From Eledone cirrhosa (taxonomy: Eukaryota), in the NCBI GenBank assembly GCA_964016885.1, contig OZ024749.1, forward strand, positions 38,874,001 to 38,938,000: a stretch of 64,000 nt of DNA, in the 5' to 3' direction. Below are positions 39,394 to 53,025 of the stretch, one piece after another. The position numbers were made by a program, and so were the translations under genes. The notes beneath the pieces are model-generated. The model did not search any database and had not been told where the DNA came from. It saw only the letters and a program-made list of their open reading frames with translations. Every line of letters starts with the position of its first letter. The stretch's first letter is position 1.

Positions 39394-40190
39394 GTTAGTA
39401 TTGTTGTTGTTATTAGTGGAGTATGAAAAGGGTGGCCAGCTTAGCCCCATTTTCTCCCTTCCCCAAAATATTTAGTTCTTAACATCCTGCAATAATTTAG
39501 CAGAAAATATGTCTCTAAAAAGTGCTTTAATTCAAATGGTTATAGTATCTTTACTTGTGGACAGATTGTTGCAAAAATTTGTTGTATTAAAGATTTTAAT
39601 ATTTAATGTGATGCAGTCATAGTGACGTTTTGTTTTATATTAAATGTTTATAGTATCTTTCCTAGTGGACAGGTTGTTGGGAAAATTTGCAGTATTAAAG
39701 ACTTTAATATTTAATGTGATGCAGACAAATTGATGTTTTATACTAAATCTTTATAGTATCTTTCCTAGTGGACAGATTGTTGTGAAAAATTGCAGCATTA
39801 GAGTAAAGACTTTACTATTTAATGCGATGCAGTCAACTTTGCTAAAAAATAACATTACATATGTATGGCTATTAACTAACTTTTAACATCCTACAATGAA
39901 TTATCCAAAAATATCAAAAACTGGGTTTGTTACTTCAAATCTTTACTACTAGACAGATCATTGAGAAAAATTGCAATGTTAGGGTACAAATAATTGAATT
40001 TTTAAAGTGGTGCAGTCATAGTGCTGTTTTGTACTTTTTAGGAATGTCTTGTTAATGTATTTTCATGTGGTGCAGGACATTGAGTTAAATTTTTTTCCTC
40101 TGTATGTTCAGAATCATTAATCTCTGTTAGTTTTATTGAATGCTAATGTTGAGAAATCTATAGTTTCTGTTTGTATTTTCTGTAATACAG

Positions 40191-40319
40191 GGCTATGAAC
40201 ATTCCTGTAAGGATCCCTCCCTTTTGTACCGTATTGAAACTATGCCTGGCTTAGGATGGATGTTAAAACGGAAACTTTACAAAGAAGAACTAGAAGCTCA
40301 GTGGCCAACCCCAGAAAAA
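40191..40319 (+). CDS. POMGNT1: POMGNT1 exon 14
   Basis: [43 protein letters not shown]; 129 nt. Confidence 0.95.
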
Positions 40320-40553
40320 GTAAGAATTTGTTGTCTTTTATTTGTTGTTTCTTTTCATAAATACTTTAAAATAAACATTCCACAATTATAGAAGAAGGAG
40401 CTGTTTTAGGGGATTTGGTATCAAAAGGGTTAAAATACCTATTGTTATTTGTTGTTGTTTTTGTCATCTACCAGTACCCCTTGGTATTTTTTCCAAAGTG
40501 GTAAATACCAGAACCAAAACTAAAACATCCCTTACATTATTCTTTTATTCCAG

Positions 40554-40744
40554 CAATGGGATTGGGATATGTGGATGAGAGCCAACTTTATCCGTAAAGA
40601 TCGAGAATGCATCATTCCAGACATATCCCGAACCTACCATTTTGGCTCCAAAGGAATCAATATGAACCCTTATTTTCAGGAAGTTTATTTTAAAAAGCAT
40701 TCTTTCATGACTTTACCAAATGTTCAGCTGAAAGACATTAATAA
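40554..40744 (+). CDS. POMGNT1: POMGNT1 exon 15
   Basis: [49 protein letters not shown]...; 191 nt. Confidence 0.95.
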
Positions 40745-41039
40745 GTAAGTTACTTCTACATTTATTTTGATACACCTAACTTATAGGATAACTCATTTTT
40801 TTTTTATTTTTTGTACATAATATATATATATATATAATATGAAGGCATATGGCCTAGTGGTTAGGGTGTCGGGGTGTCGGACTTAAGATTATAGTGTCAT
40901 TGGTTTGATTCCTGAACTGTTGTTTTCTTGTGCAAAACACCTAATTTCTTCTTGTAGCAACAGTAGCTGAAGGTTAACCCTTTGATGGACTGGCATCCAG
41001 ACCAGGGGGCAGTATTGTATTGTTAATAGTTTAAACCTG

Positions 41040-41580
41040 GCACTCCGTGGGAGCCCTTATATGCTGATGACCTAGTCTTTATAGCTGAATTCATAGGAGA
41101 GCTAGACAAAATTTCAATCATGGAAGAAGGACCTAGAGTTGCAAGGTCTAAAACTAAACTTAGCAAAGACAAAAGTGTTAATAAGTAGGAAACAGTACAG
41201 GAGGTTGATGCATCAGGGAAATGGCCTTGTTTGATATGAAGAAATGGGCAAGCAACAATTCTTTAAGGTTCATACAGTGCAATCTATGGACACACAAGAG
41301 GTGTAGTGGGGTTGCAGGCAGATTAATGGAAAAGATAGACTTTATATGTGGCAGATGCACAGGAAAAGTAAACACTAAGAACTCATGTGAAGTAGATTCC
41401 TTCGGTTACCAGGGAGACTCTTTAGAAATCATCAACAGCTTTTGTTACTTAGGTGATCAAATTAGCAGTGGGGGAAGATACACTAAAAGTGTGATAGCCA
41501 GGATCAAAACTGGTTGGAAGAAGTTTAGAGAACTGATACCTCTGCTGATAACAAAGAGCTTCTCTCTCAGAGTGAAGGGT
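41040..41580 (+). mobile_element. LINE fragment (RT C-terminus with PHD-like zinc finger)
   Basis: LYADDLVFIAE...QCNLWTHKRCSG...FICGRC...FCYLGD...ARIKTGWKKFREL. Confidence 0.8.
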
Positions 41581-42019
41581 AAGCCCCTGATGATTTTTTT
41601 TTAATGAAACAGTTCTAGTCCTGTAGAAGCCATTTCTATATTAAACATTATATATATATATATATATATATATAGTAATAAAAGATGCGAAGACAAAAAT
41701 CCGAAGAGGGCTCGATAAGGATTATATTTATATTAAAAAAAAACCTGTAGAGAAAATATTTATTATATGTACAGATTAAAGTTTAAGCAAAGAGTCGCTG
41801 CTTTCACCCTTTATATATCATCTGTTGATTGTTTAGTTCACTAAGTAATTAGTTTACAGTGGGTGCTGTGTGTGGAAGGAGTGCTGCCACAGCATTTATA
41901 ATAAGGATATTTTGTTGTCTCTCTCTGAAAGACAATATATATACAGAGGGAGAGAGAGAGAGAAAACTATGCTAAAACTAATTCTGTTTATGAAAGACAG
42001 AGTATATATATATGTGTTT

Positions 42020-42120
<101 letters not shown>

Positions 42121-42879
42121 CACATACAGAAAAGAAGAGAAAGAGAGCTGAAACTAATTCTATTTATGAAAGACAGAGTATGTATGTATGTATGTATTTG
42201 TGTGTATATTGATATTCTGTACAAACACTATAAAGAATGTTTTCCATTCCAAGTTCCAAGAAAAACAAAACAAAATAATTAAATTATTAACAAATTACAA
42301 CGATGATGATAATAATAATAATAATAATAAAAATAATAATGTTTTAATATATGTATTGAGTCCAAGTTAACAATAGATGAATATTGACAAATCTAAGCAG
42401 CTGTTTACACAATATATGTACATGATAATCTGATTATTAAGAGAAAGAAAGCTGTTTTCAGCTAGCTGTATCTCATGACTGTCTCTGAACCTGTTAGTGT
42501 AGTTCTAATACAGTTGATGTGTAATTGGAATGGCTCAGAGCCTTGACTGTCTTGAACTTCCTCTCTGCTCATATCTTTCCCCAAGAAGTGGACCTGCAAC
42601 AATTTAAACAGGACATCTTAATGGTCTCTGGAGGTCTGTGAAGGCCATGGGTACTGGTAGTAGCTTGGCAGAGTCACTAGAGCATAGGATTAAATGCTTT
42701 GCAGTATGTGTTCCGGCTCACTGCACTCTGTTCAAATTGCTCCAAGGTCAACATTGCCTTTCATACTTTCCTTGGGCTGAGTCGATGGTGGTTGACTGGT
42801 GGAATTGTTACAGTGTTGCAATAGATGCTCTTTGTGGTCATTGTACCAACGCTTATTGTTTTGAGTTCAAATCCTGCTA

Positions 42880-44460
42880 TGGTAGTAGACATAATTTATC
42901 ACCCAGTTTAACACCACCACCTTTCCCTTTAGTGGTATACATAATTTATCACCCAGTTTAACACCACCACCTTTCCTTTTAGTGGTATACATAATTTGTC
43001 ACTCAGTTTAACACCACTGCCTGGTCCTTGGATGGTAGACATAACTTGTCACCCAGTTTAGCCCCACCATCTGGCCCTTCGGTGGTATACAGAATTTGTC
43101 ACCTAATTTAACACCACCACCTGGCCCTTGGGTGGTAGATTTAATTGGTCACCTAATTTAACCGCACCACGTGGCCCTTGGGTGGTAGATTTAATTTGTC
43201 ATCCAGTTTAACATGACCACTTGACCTTGTCTTTAATTGGTAGCCTTAATCTGTCACCCAGTTTAACACTGCCACCACCATCTGGTCCTTGGGTGCTAGA
43301 CTTAATCTGTCACCCAGTTTAACACTGCCACCACCATCTGGTCCTTGGGTGCTAGACTTAATCTGTCACCCAGTTTAACACTGCCACCACCATCTGGTCC
43401 TTGGGTGCTAGACTTAATCTGTCACCCAGTTTAACACTGCCACCACCATCTGGTCCTTGTGTGGTAGCCTTAACCTGTCACCCAGTTTAACACTGCCACC
43501 ACCATCTGGTCCTTGTGTGGTAGCCTTAATCTGTCACCCAGTTTAACACTGCCACCACCATCTGGTCCTTGTGTGGTAGCCTTAATCTGTCACCCAGTTT
43601 AACACTGCCACCACCATCTGGTCCTTGGGTGCTAGACTTAATCTGTCACCCAGTTTAACACTGCCACCACCATCTGGTCCTTGGGTGCTAGACTTAATCT
43701 GTCACCCAGTTTAACACTGCCACCACCATCTGGTCCTTGGGTGCTAGACTTAATCTGTCACCCAGTTTAACACTGCCACCACCATCTGGTCCTTGGGTGC
43801 TAGACTTAATCTGTCACCCAGTTTAACACTGCCACCACCATCTGGTCCTTGGGTGCTAGACTTAATCTGTCACCCAGTTTAACACTGCCACCACCATCTG
43901 GTCCTTGGGTGCTAGACTTAATCTGTCACCCAGTTTAACACTGCCACCACCATCTGGTCCTTGGGTGCTAGACTTAATCTGTCACCCAGTTTAACACTGC
44001 CACCACCATCTGGTCCTTGGGTGCTAGACTGAATCTGTCACCCAGTTTAACACTGCCACCACCATCTGGTCCTTGGGTGCTAGACTGAATCTGTCACCCA
44101 GTTTAACACTGCTACCATCATCTGGTCCTTGGGTGCTAGACTTAATCTGTCACCCAGTTTAACACTGCCACCACCATCTGGTCCTTGTGTGGTAGCCTTA
44201 ATCTGTCACCCAGTTTAACACTGCCACCACCATCTGGTCCTTGGGTGCTAGACTGAATCTGTCACCCAGTTTAACACTGCCACCACCATCTGGTCCTTGG
44301 GTGGTAGACATAATTTGTCACCTAGTTTAACACCACCACCTGGCCATTGGGTGCTAGACTTAATCTATCACCTAGTTTGACACAACCACCTTAGTTGTGT
44401 GTTCAAATCCAACTGTAGTGTACTTGGGTGTTACATTTAATCTGTTGCCCAGTTTCATAT
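42880..44460. repeat. 53-56 bp minisatellite (homogeneous 56-bp core about 43240-44310)
   Basis: AATCTGTCACCCAGTTTAACACTGCCACCACCATCTGGTCCTTGGGTGCTAGACTT units. Confidence 0.93.
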
Positions 44461-44578
44461 GACTGCCTGGCTTTTGGATGCCTTTCACAAAGTCCTTTCT
44501 ATTGCCAAATTTGAAAACAGACATAAAAATGATGATGATGATGATGATGATGATGATATATTTTCTACTTGGTTTTAG

Positions 44579-44687
44579 GATGAAGAAAGACTATTATGAA
44601 ATTCTTATCAAACAACTTATCCAAGATGCCAAACTTTTAAACCACAGCCACCCACCATGTTCAGAAGACTTTATTCCTAATACCAAG
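44579..44687 (+). CDS. POMGNT1: POMGNT1 exon 16
   Basis: MKKDYYEILIKQLIQDAKLLNHSHPPCSEDFIPNTK; 109 nt. Confidence 0.92.
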
Positions 44688-44752
44688 GTAAATGCTAACT
44701 TCTCAAACACAAATTAACTCTACAGACAATATATGTGTGTGTATGTGTAGGC

Positions 44753-44786
<34 letters not shown>

Positions 44787-44949
44787 CTGTCTATGTGTGT
44801 GATGTGTATGTTTACATTTGTCTATCAGTAACATATGGAAGGTTCTGCTGAATATTGTAATGAGGTAAATTAATTGCCATATGTTTCAATAATGTATACA
44901 TATATATAAAAACATACATATATAGGAACATATGTATGTGTGTATGTGT

Positions 44950-44986
<37 letters not shown>

Positions 44987-45078
44987 ATGAGAACTAGATA
45001 GATATCATCTAGAAGGGTATTATTTATGTGTTCTGATTATGTACCCTTTGTTTCAGTGTGTGTGTATATATATATATG

Positions 45079-45136
<58 letters not shown>

Positions 45137-45186
45137 AGACCTGACAGCTGAACTCTTGCTGCGTCAACAACTAGTTATATATATAC

Positions 45187-45219
<33 letters not shown>

Positions 45220-45300
45220 CATACACAGACACACACACATACATAATTATATGCTTTCCATGCAAGTGGAGAAAATGGTCATTAAAAGATGATGATGATG

Positions 45301-45374
<74 letters not shown>

Positions 45375-45396
45375 AGTGTGTGTATGTGTATACATT

Positions 45397-45429
<33 letters not shown>

Positions 45430-45511
45430 ATATATGTAATTATATAATTGGTAGGGTATAAGTGTATGTTGTATTAATTGTGTTTCTATTGTTGTTCTGC
45501 TCTATTTTCAG

Positions 45512-45583
45512 GATGAAGTCTATGTGATGTATATAAATATGACTTCAGATAAAGACTACACAACATGGAAACATCTGGCTAAA
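45512..45583 (+). CDS. POMGNT1: POMGNT1 exon 17
   Basis: DEVYVMYINMTSDKDYTTWKHLAK; TTTCAG/GTGAGT; 72 nt. Confidence 0.92.
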
Positions 45584-45588
45584 GTGAG

Positions 45589-46052
45589 TTAACCCTTCCA
45601 ATATCATGTTTCTAATGAAGGACACTGCCTATGTTTAACCCTTCCAATATCATGTTTCTAAAGAAGGACACTGCCTATGTTTAACCCTTCCAATATCATG
45701 TTTCTAATGAAGGACACTGCCTATGTTTAACCCTTCCAATATCATGTTTCTAATGAAGGACATTGCCTATGTTTAACCCTTCCAATATCATGTTTCTAAT
45801 GAAGGACACTGCCTATGTTTAACCCTTCCAATATCATGTTTCTAATGAAGGACACTGCCTATGTTTAACCCTTCCAATATCATCTTTCTAATGAAGGACA
45901 CTGCCTATGTTTAACCCTTCCAATATCATGTTTCTAATGAAGGACATTGCCTATGTTTAACCCTTCCAATAATACAATATTTCTAGTGAAAGGCATTGCC
46001 TCTGTTTAATTCTTCCATTACCATATTTCTAATCAAGGACACTGCCTATGTT
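45589..46052. repeat. 46-bp minisatellite starting at the exon 17 donor
   Basis: TTAACCCTTCCAATATCATGTTTCTAATGAAGGACACTGCCTATGT, about 10 copies. Confidence 0.9.
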
Positions 46053-46434
46053 TAACCCTTTAGCATTTAAACCGGCCATATCTGGCCAAAATTCTCTCCT
46101 CTTTGTTTTCAAACTGGCCTTAACCAGCTGCTCATACTTATATTAAGGTATTGTTCTCAAAATAAATAATGTCAAAATCTTGTAGATTTGATATTATGTG
46201 AGATAATTAAGTGAAATAAAGTCTTTACCATGAAAATACAATAGTAAATATAGAATAATGCAAATGCTAAAGGGTTGACCCTTCCGTTACCATATTTCTA
46301 ATGAATGACACTGTCTATGTTTAACCCTTCCATTACCAACATACAGTGTATAGTTTAATATATGTTGAATGTTTTGGTATATGAAAAATATATAAATGTT
46401 TATTTTCTCTTCTCTCCTTTTCTCTCTTTAATAG

Positions 46435-46476
46435 TGTTTCCATCTATGGGATTTAGATGTCAGAGGATTTCATAAG
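46435..46476 (+). CDS. POMGNT1: POMGNT1 exon 18
   Basis: CFHLWDLDVRGFHK; long pyrimidine tract+TAG acceptor, GTGAGA donor; 42 nt. Confidence 0.93.
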
Positions 46477-46534
46477 GTGAGAACATATATTCTTCTTCCC
46501 TTTGTCTTACACTTAATGACTAATAACTGAAGTT

Positions 46535-47555
46535 ATATTGGCTAACTTAACACATATTAACTACTGTAATACTGGCTAACTTAACACATATTAACTACTG
46601 TAATACTGGCTAGCTTAACACATATTAACTACTGTAATACTAGCTAACTTAACACATATTAACTACTGTAATACTGGCTAACTTAACACATTAACTACAG
46701 TAATACTGGCTAACTTAACACATATTAACTACAGTAATACTGGCTAACTTAACACATATTAACTACAGTAATACTGGCTAGCTTAACACATATTAACTAC
46801 TGTAATACTGGCTAGCTTAACACATATTAACTACTGTAATACTGGCTAACTTAACACATATTAACTACAGTAATACTAGCTAACTTAACACATATTAACT
46901 ACAGTAATACTGGCTAGCTTAACACATATTAACTACTGTAATACTGGCTAACTTAACACATATTAACTACAGTAATACTAGCTAACTTAACACATATTAA
47001 CTACTGTAATACTGGCTAGCTTAACACATATTAACTATTGTAATACTGGCTAACTTAACACATATTAACTACAGTAATACTAGCTAACTTAACACATATT
47101 AACTACTGTAATACTGGCTAACTTAACACATATTAACTACTGTAATATTGGCTAACTTAACACATATTAATTACTGTAATATTGGCTAGCTTAACACATA
47201 TTAACTACTGTAATACTGGCTAACTTAACACATATTAACTACTGTAATACTGGCTAACTTAACACATATTAACTACAGTAATACTAGCTAACTTAACACA
47301 TATTAACTACTGTAATATTGGCTAACTTAACACATTAATTACAGTAATACTAGCTAACTTAACACATATTAACTACTGTAATATTGGCTAACTTAACACA
47401 TATTAACTACTGTAATATTGGCTAACTTAACACATATTAACTACAGTAATACTGGCTAACTTAACACATATTAACTACTGTAATATTGGCTAACTTAACA
47501 CACATTAACTACAGTATTACTGGTTACTTGAACATAACTACAGTATTACTAGCTA
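46535..47555. repeat. 34-bp minisatellite
   Basis: CTGGCTAACTTAACACATATTAACTACTGTAATA, about 30 copies. Confidence 0.93.
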
Positions 47556-48166
47556 CCTTTCACCTGAAATATAGTGGCTTTTGTTTTACTGTTTTGTCAA
47601 GGAGAGAAGGGCAGTGTCCATGGCCCTTTTTAGGACATCTGAAAATATTAGGAGCTTTCGAGGAAGGTATCTTCAAACTAGAAACTTGGCCTGAATACTT
47701 GCAACATCAGCCAAGGACCAAGTGGTGGTATTGAACCAGAGTTACAGATTCTCTACCACCCAAGCTAAACTTACCCAAGGACCAGGTGGTGGTGTTAAGC
47801 CAAGATCACAGATTAACTCTACCATCCAAGCTAATATCGCCCAAGAATTAGGTGCTGGTTTTAAACTAGGGTCTCAGATTAAATCTACCACCCAAGCTAA
47901 AGTCACCCAATGAGCAGGTAGGTGTTAAACCAGGTTCACAGTTTAAGTCTACCACCCAAGCTGAAGTTTCTCAAAAATCAGGTGGTGGTGCTAAAGCAGA
48001 TCCATACCTTACTTATAAAACAAGGAAGGCATCTCTGGCTGTAGAATTCTACCTCAAAAGGTTTAATCCAACCCATATCAGTAGTCATAAAATTGATGAG
48101 GATGATGTGATGTACATTGTGACATTGGAATGCTCGTTAAAAGTTAATATGTTTTCATCATTTCAG

Positions 48167-48234
48167 AGTATGTGGAGGCTGTTCTTAAAGACGAACCATT
48201 TAATTATTATTGGGTCACCAGCATCCCCTTACTC
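48167..48234 (+). CDS. POMGNT1: POMGNT1 exon 19
   Basis: SMWRLFLKTNHLIIIGSPASPYS; 68 nt. Confidence 0.93.
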
Positions 48235-49200
48235 GTAAGTATTACCTCTGTCAACTACACCTCTATATCATTGATTCTATTGATACATTTGATCTGAAAA
48301 TATCTCTGTAAAACCTCCCTCAGTCATTGCTGCCTCCTTTTCCTCCAATTCAGTGAAGAGGACTCTTGTGCTATACAGACAGGGGAAGACAACCTCTCTA
48401 GTTTTGTTGCCATGAGAAAATGCACCCTGTACACTCTATAAAATGGTTGGGAATCAATCAGAGACAACATAGTGAAGGCTCTTAGTCTTGTTGAGGACAT
48501 GACAACTTCTATAGTGCTGGTGACAATGAAATGCACCCCGTACATTCTGTGAAGTGATATTGTTGTTACCATGATGAAATGCACGCAGTGCACTCTGTAC
48601 AGTGATAGTGCTGGTGACAATGAAATGCACCCAGTAGATTCTGTAAAGTGATATTGTTGTTGCCACGACAAAATACGTCCAATATACTCTGTAAAGTCTA
48701 AGTGCTGTTGCCACGATGAAATGCACCTAGCAGACTCTGTAAAGTGGCTGATGTTAAGAAGGCCAGCCAGCAATGTATTAATGAAACTATATTACAGTCT
48801 CATTAATACATTACTGGCTGAAACTATATTACTGTCTGTGGAAGCGAGTGGCCTAATGGTGAGTGTTGGACTGACAATCAGAATGTTATGGGTTTGTTCC
48901 CTCGGCTGGGTTGTGTGCTGTGTTCTTGAGCAAAACACTTCAATTCGTATACTCAGCTGAAAATGAGTACCAGTAATAGCGGGGAGGTTGACCCTGCAAT
49001 GGACTAGTTTTTTATCCAGGGAGCAGTCTTGTACTCTCAGTCGCTTCACACCATTAAACCGAGATAAGCACTAACCTGAGGAACCTCCTGGCTTGAAACA
49101 AACTTTAGATGTTCCAGTTTAACATTTTAGCATTTACATTACTCTATATTTACTATTATATTTTTGTGGTAAAGGCTCTATCTCACATAATATCAAATCT

Positions 49201-49384
49201 GGTGGATTGGCAGTATCGGTAGAGGGTCGGACGCCATGCTTTGCAGCAAAGAGTTACGTCCCTTTACGGTCTGAGTTCAAATCCCGCCGAGGTTAACTTT
49301 GCCTTTCATCCTTACGAGGTCGATAAAATAAAGTACCAGTAATGCACTGGGATAATTGTCGGCCTTGTGCCAAAAGTAGAAATA
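49201..49384 (+). mobile_element. Family-1 SINE nested in a MITE, with a 14-bp TSD
   Basis: ATAATATCAAATCT at 49187-49200 and 49385-49398. Confidence 0.88.
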
Positions 49385-49541
49385 ATAATATCAAATCTAT
49401 GAGATTTTGATGTTATTTATTTTGAGAACAATACCTTAACGTGAGTATGAGTGGCCAGTTATAGCCGGTTTGAGAGAGTTCTGGCTGGATACAGCTGGTT
49501 TATTTAATGTTAAAATTTATGTCGTTTTTTTTTCATTTCAG

Positions 49542-49614
49542 GGAATACATGCCTGCCAATGTCCTCCCCATCTATTTGAATGACACAGTTCCACTTCACA
49601 AAGACGGACAATGA
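49542..49614 (+). CDS. POMGNT1: POMGNT1 exon 20 (terminal coding exon)
   Basis: EYMPANVLPIYLNDTVPLHKDGQ-TGA; total CDS 1956 nt = 651 aa with no internal stop. Confidence 0.88.
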
Positions 49615-50069
49615 TGACTTTTTTTTTTTAGTTATTTTGGTGCAACACATTTTTTTATTTCTTCAATTTATGTTGAATTTTTTTTTTTCCCAATTAAGGG
49701 GATTTTTACCCCCTTTATATTTTTTTTAATATTTTTTTTTTTTTGGTCATTCACCGCAAGCTGAAATCAGGGAAAAAAACTGGCTAACAACGGTTAATGA
49801 ATCATCATCATCATCATTATTATTATTATTGTTATTATTATTACCAGCTGCCTACCAGCCATGATGTCGTGACTGAAGACACTCTTTGTCTTTCCATAAA
49901 CTTTTAAAATCATCCTCCACCACAACAACACCACCGGCAACACACCACCACCACCACCAACACCGATATCATTACCACCACCAACACCACCAACACTGAC
50001 TGTGGCAAATATTTTGTAAAAGAGTCAAGGAATTACTCATTGCCTTTGTCAAAACATCACAAATTCCAC

Positions 50070-50106
<37 letters not shown>

Positions 50107-52710
50107 CACTTCCTTTCTGTCTGTCTTTCTCTTACATTTTCTCGATCTCTGCCTCACACATCACACACACTCTACCTATCTTACACCTTTTCTCTCTCTC
50201 TATCTCTCTCTTTCTCACATACACTCTATCTCTGGTGTTTGTGGGGGTGCTGGTGGCTATATTGGTGTATCACAACCACCATTACCGCCACCACCACCAC
50301 TGCCACCACCACTGCTGCCACCACCACTAACAACCAGTTGGTGGTGGTAGTTACCACCACCAACAACCAGCTGGTGGTGGCAGTGGTGGCGGTGGTAGTG
50401 GTGGTGGTGGTGATGCACAATCAACAACAACCAGCTGGTGATGGCAATGGTGATGGTGGTGGAGATGGTGGTGGTGGTGGTGTTGCTGCACTTTAAAAGA
50501 AACAAAGATAAATGCGTTAACTTTTTCAATTGAACTCGCTGTAAAGTCCCAAAATAACTTGTATATCTATCCCAAACTACATTAAAAAAAAACCACATAT
50601 ATAGACAAATACTTATTTTTCTACACTTTGAAAAAAAAAAAAAGAGAAAGATGAAAACACACAATTCTTGTTCCAAAAATTGTGTTTATTTTATTCAAGA
50701 CTTTCAGAACCATTTCTAAAATAAAGGAAAAGATTTTAAAAAAATAAAAAACAATATATGAAAAAAAAATGACCAAAAAAATCCCAAAACAAAACAAATA
50801 AAAAAATATTTGCTATTTCAGTGAAATATATTTAAAACATATTTTCATAGTTTTTCTCATTTTGCTTATATTTTCTTTCTTTTTTTTGTTTAATTTTTTT
50901 AATTTTGTTTTTAGAATTATATTTCTAACAAAAGCATTCCATCAAGACATATTTAGATTTCTATGCCATCTTAATTTGACATTTTTAGTTATTATATCAT
51001 AGTTTTAATAATAATCATTTGTTAAAACCTAATCAACCATATTTCTTTGTTTATAACTAGCTTTTTTGCCTACTTTCATATGTTTTAAGAATTTAAAACC
51101 ATTCGTGACCATATTTTTAATGAAATACACTCTATTTCAATTAATGAATAATTTTGAGGGATTTACTAAAATGATTATTTCTAATGAAATATGATAGTAA
51201 CTTAACATATGGTTCTTATACTAAATTTTGTTGGAAGATTTTGATTTAAATAGAGACCTTTTATTTCTATTAATCCATGACGAATTTTGAGGGATTTACT
51301 AACATTATTTATTATTTCATCACATGGGGGATTGGCAGTATCGGTAGAGGGTCGGACACCATGCTTTCCAGCATAGTTACGTCCCTTTATGGTCTGAGTT
51401 CAAATCCCGCCAAGATTAACTTTGCCTTTCATCCTTACGGGGTCGATAAAATAAAATACCAGTAATGCACTGGTTAATTGCTGGCCTTGTGCCAAAAGTA
51501 GAAACAATTATTTATTATTTCATCACTAAGAAAGTAACTCAACATATGGGTTTTATAGAAAATAATATTGGAATATTTTAATTTCAATAGAAACTCCTTT
51601 AAAAGGAGGGATGTTGTTTCATAGGACCACAGCTGGTTTCAGTTGGGTTGGCATTAAAAGGGTTAAATTACTTGTTCTGTTCTGTTCTATTTTATATTAA
51701 GATCCATGTAAATTGTTGCTATTTGAGTTCTAGGATCCATTTTAAAGTCTTAATCATCATCATCATCATCATCATTCATCTGTTTTTTCATGCTTGCATG
51801 AGTTAAACAAGATATTTATTTTTTATGAGGCAGGTTCACTATGGCTGAATGCCCTTCCTGACACCAATCCTTAACTTATCTTAAATATGGTATATATATA
51901 TATGTACCACTAATGTTTCTTGGACTTCTGTGCTATAATATATATTGTTTATGGTGGACATAAACAAATGCCACCTTTGTTTTTATATTTTTTTAAAACT
52001 GTGTTGTTTGTGACAACTAGCATACATGTTTATACACACACATCTATATACATATGTGTATATACATATGTATATATGCATGTGCATATATGCATATGTA
52101 TATACACACACACATGTACATGCTTGTGTATATATATGGATATGTATATATGCATATGTATATACACACACATGTATATGCTTGTGTTTATGCATATATA
52201 TATATATATATATACACACACATGCATATGCTTATGTGTATATATATGCATATGTATTTATGCACATGTATACACACATGTAAAATCTACCAAGATATGT
52301 GACAAGGTCAGAAGCCATTGGTCAACCCTGGCTAAAGTAGAACTCATTTGCCCAATGTGCCACAAGCCTATATTAATCTGTTGTTGTTTGATCCGTCCTC
52401 TGCTTTATACTAGCCATGTGATTTAATACACCTAGTAGTAGTAGTATTAGTAGTTGTAGTAGTGGTGGTGGTGGTGGTTGTAGTTAGGTTAGCTAAGCCT
52501 CTGAGAGAAACTTAGCAGGGTGAAACAGCTCAATTTTTACCACAAAGCCTCCATCACTACTGCTCTGGAAACAAGAATGGTTTTAAAGGGCTTCTAACTG
52601 CAACAACATCAATATCAACATACAAAAAGTATTTATCTTGTTACTCTGACATATTGAAAGTCCTTACTGATATATGTATTGAAATACCCTAACATCACCA
52701 TAAATATACC

Positions 52711-52742
<32 letters not shown>

Positions 52743-52980
52743 TAAAATAACAGATTAAAGTTTAAGGAAAGAATCGCTGAATCGGGATCTTCTGAAACTA
52801 AAAAAATCAATCTGTGAACGCAGAAGTAAATATTTCGAAAACGTTGCAACCGAAGGAAAACAGGAAGACGATACTTTGGTTCGTGGAGACGTTCCCTGGC
52901 AATGAACGGAAAAAAACCGAAGATAATATGTCATCCTTATCGAGCCCTCTTTGGATTTTAGTCTCCAAATTTATTATTAT

Positions 52981-53025
<45 letters not shown>

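Noticed and set aside
41790-41830. CAGATGA...GAAAGC on the - strand of a TA-associated repeat shared with 52735-52980
   Set aside because: U4 is replaced and the stems cannot be built; too degenerate to call
49074-49105. CTGAGGA...GAAAC
   Set aside because: Part of a SINE tail; stems I and III do not form
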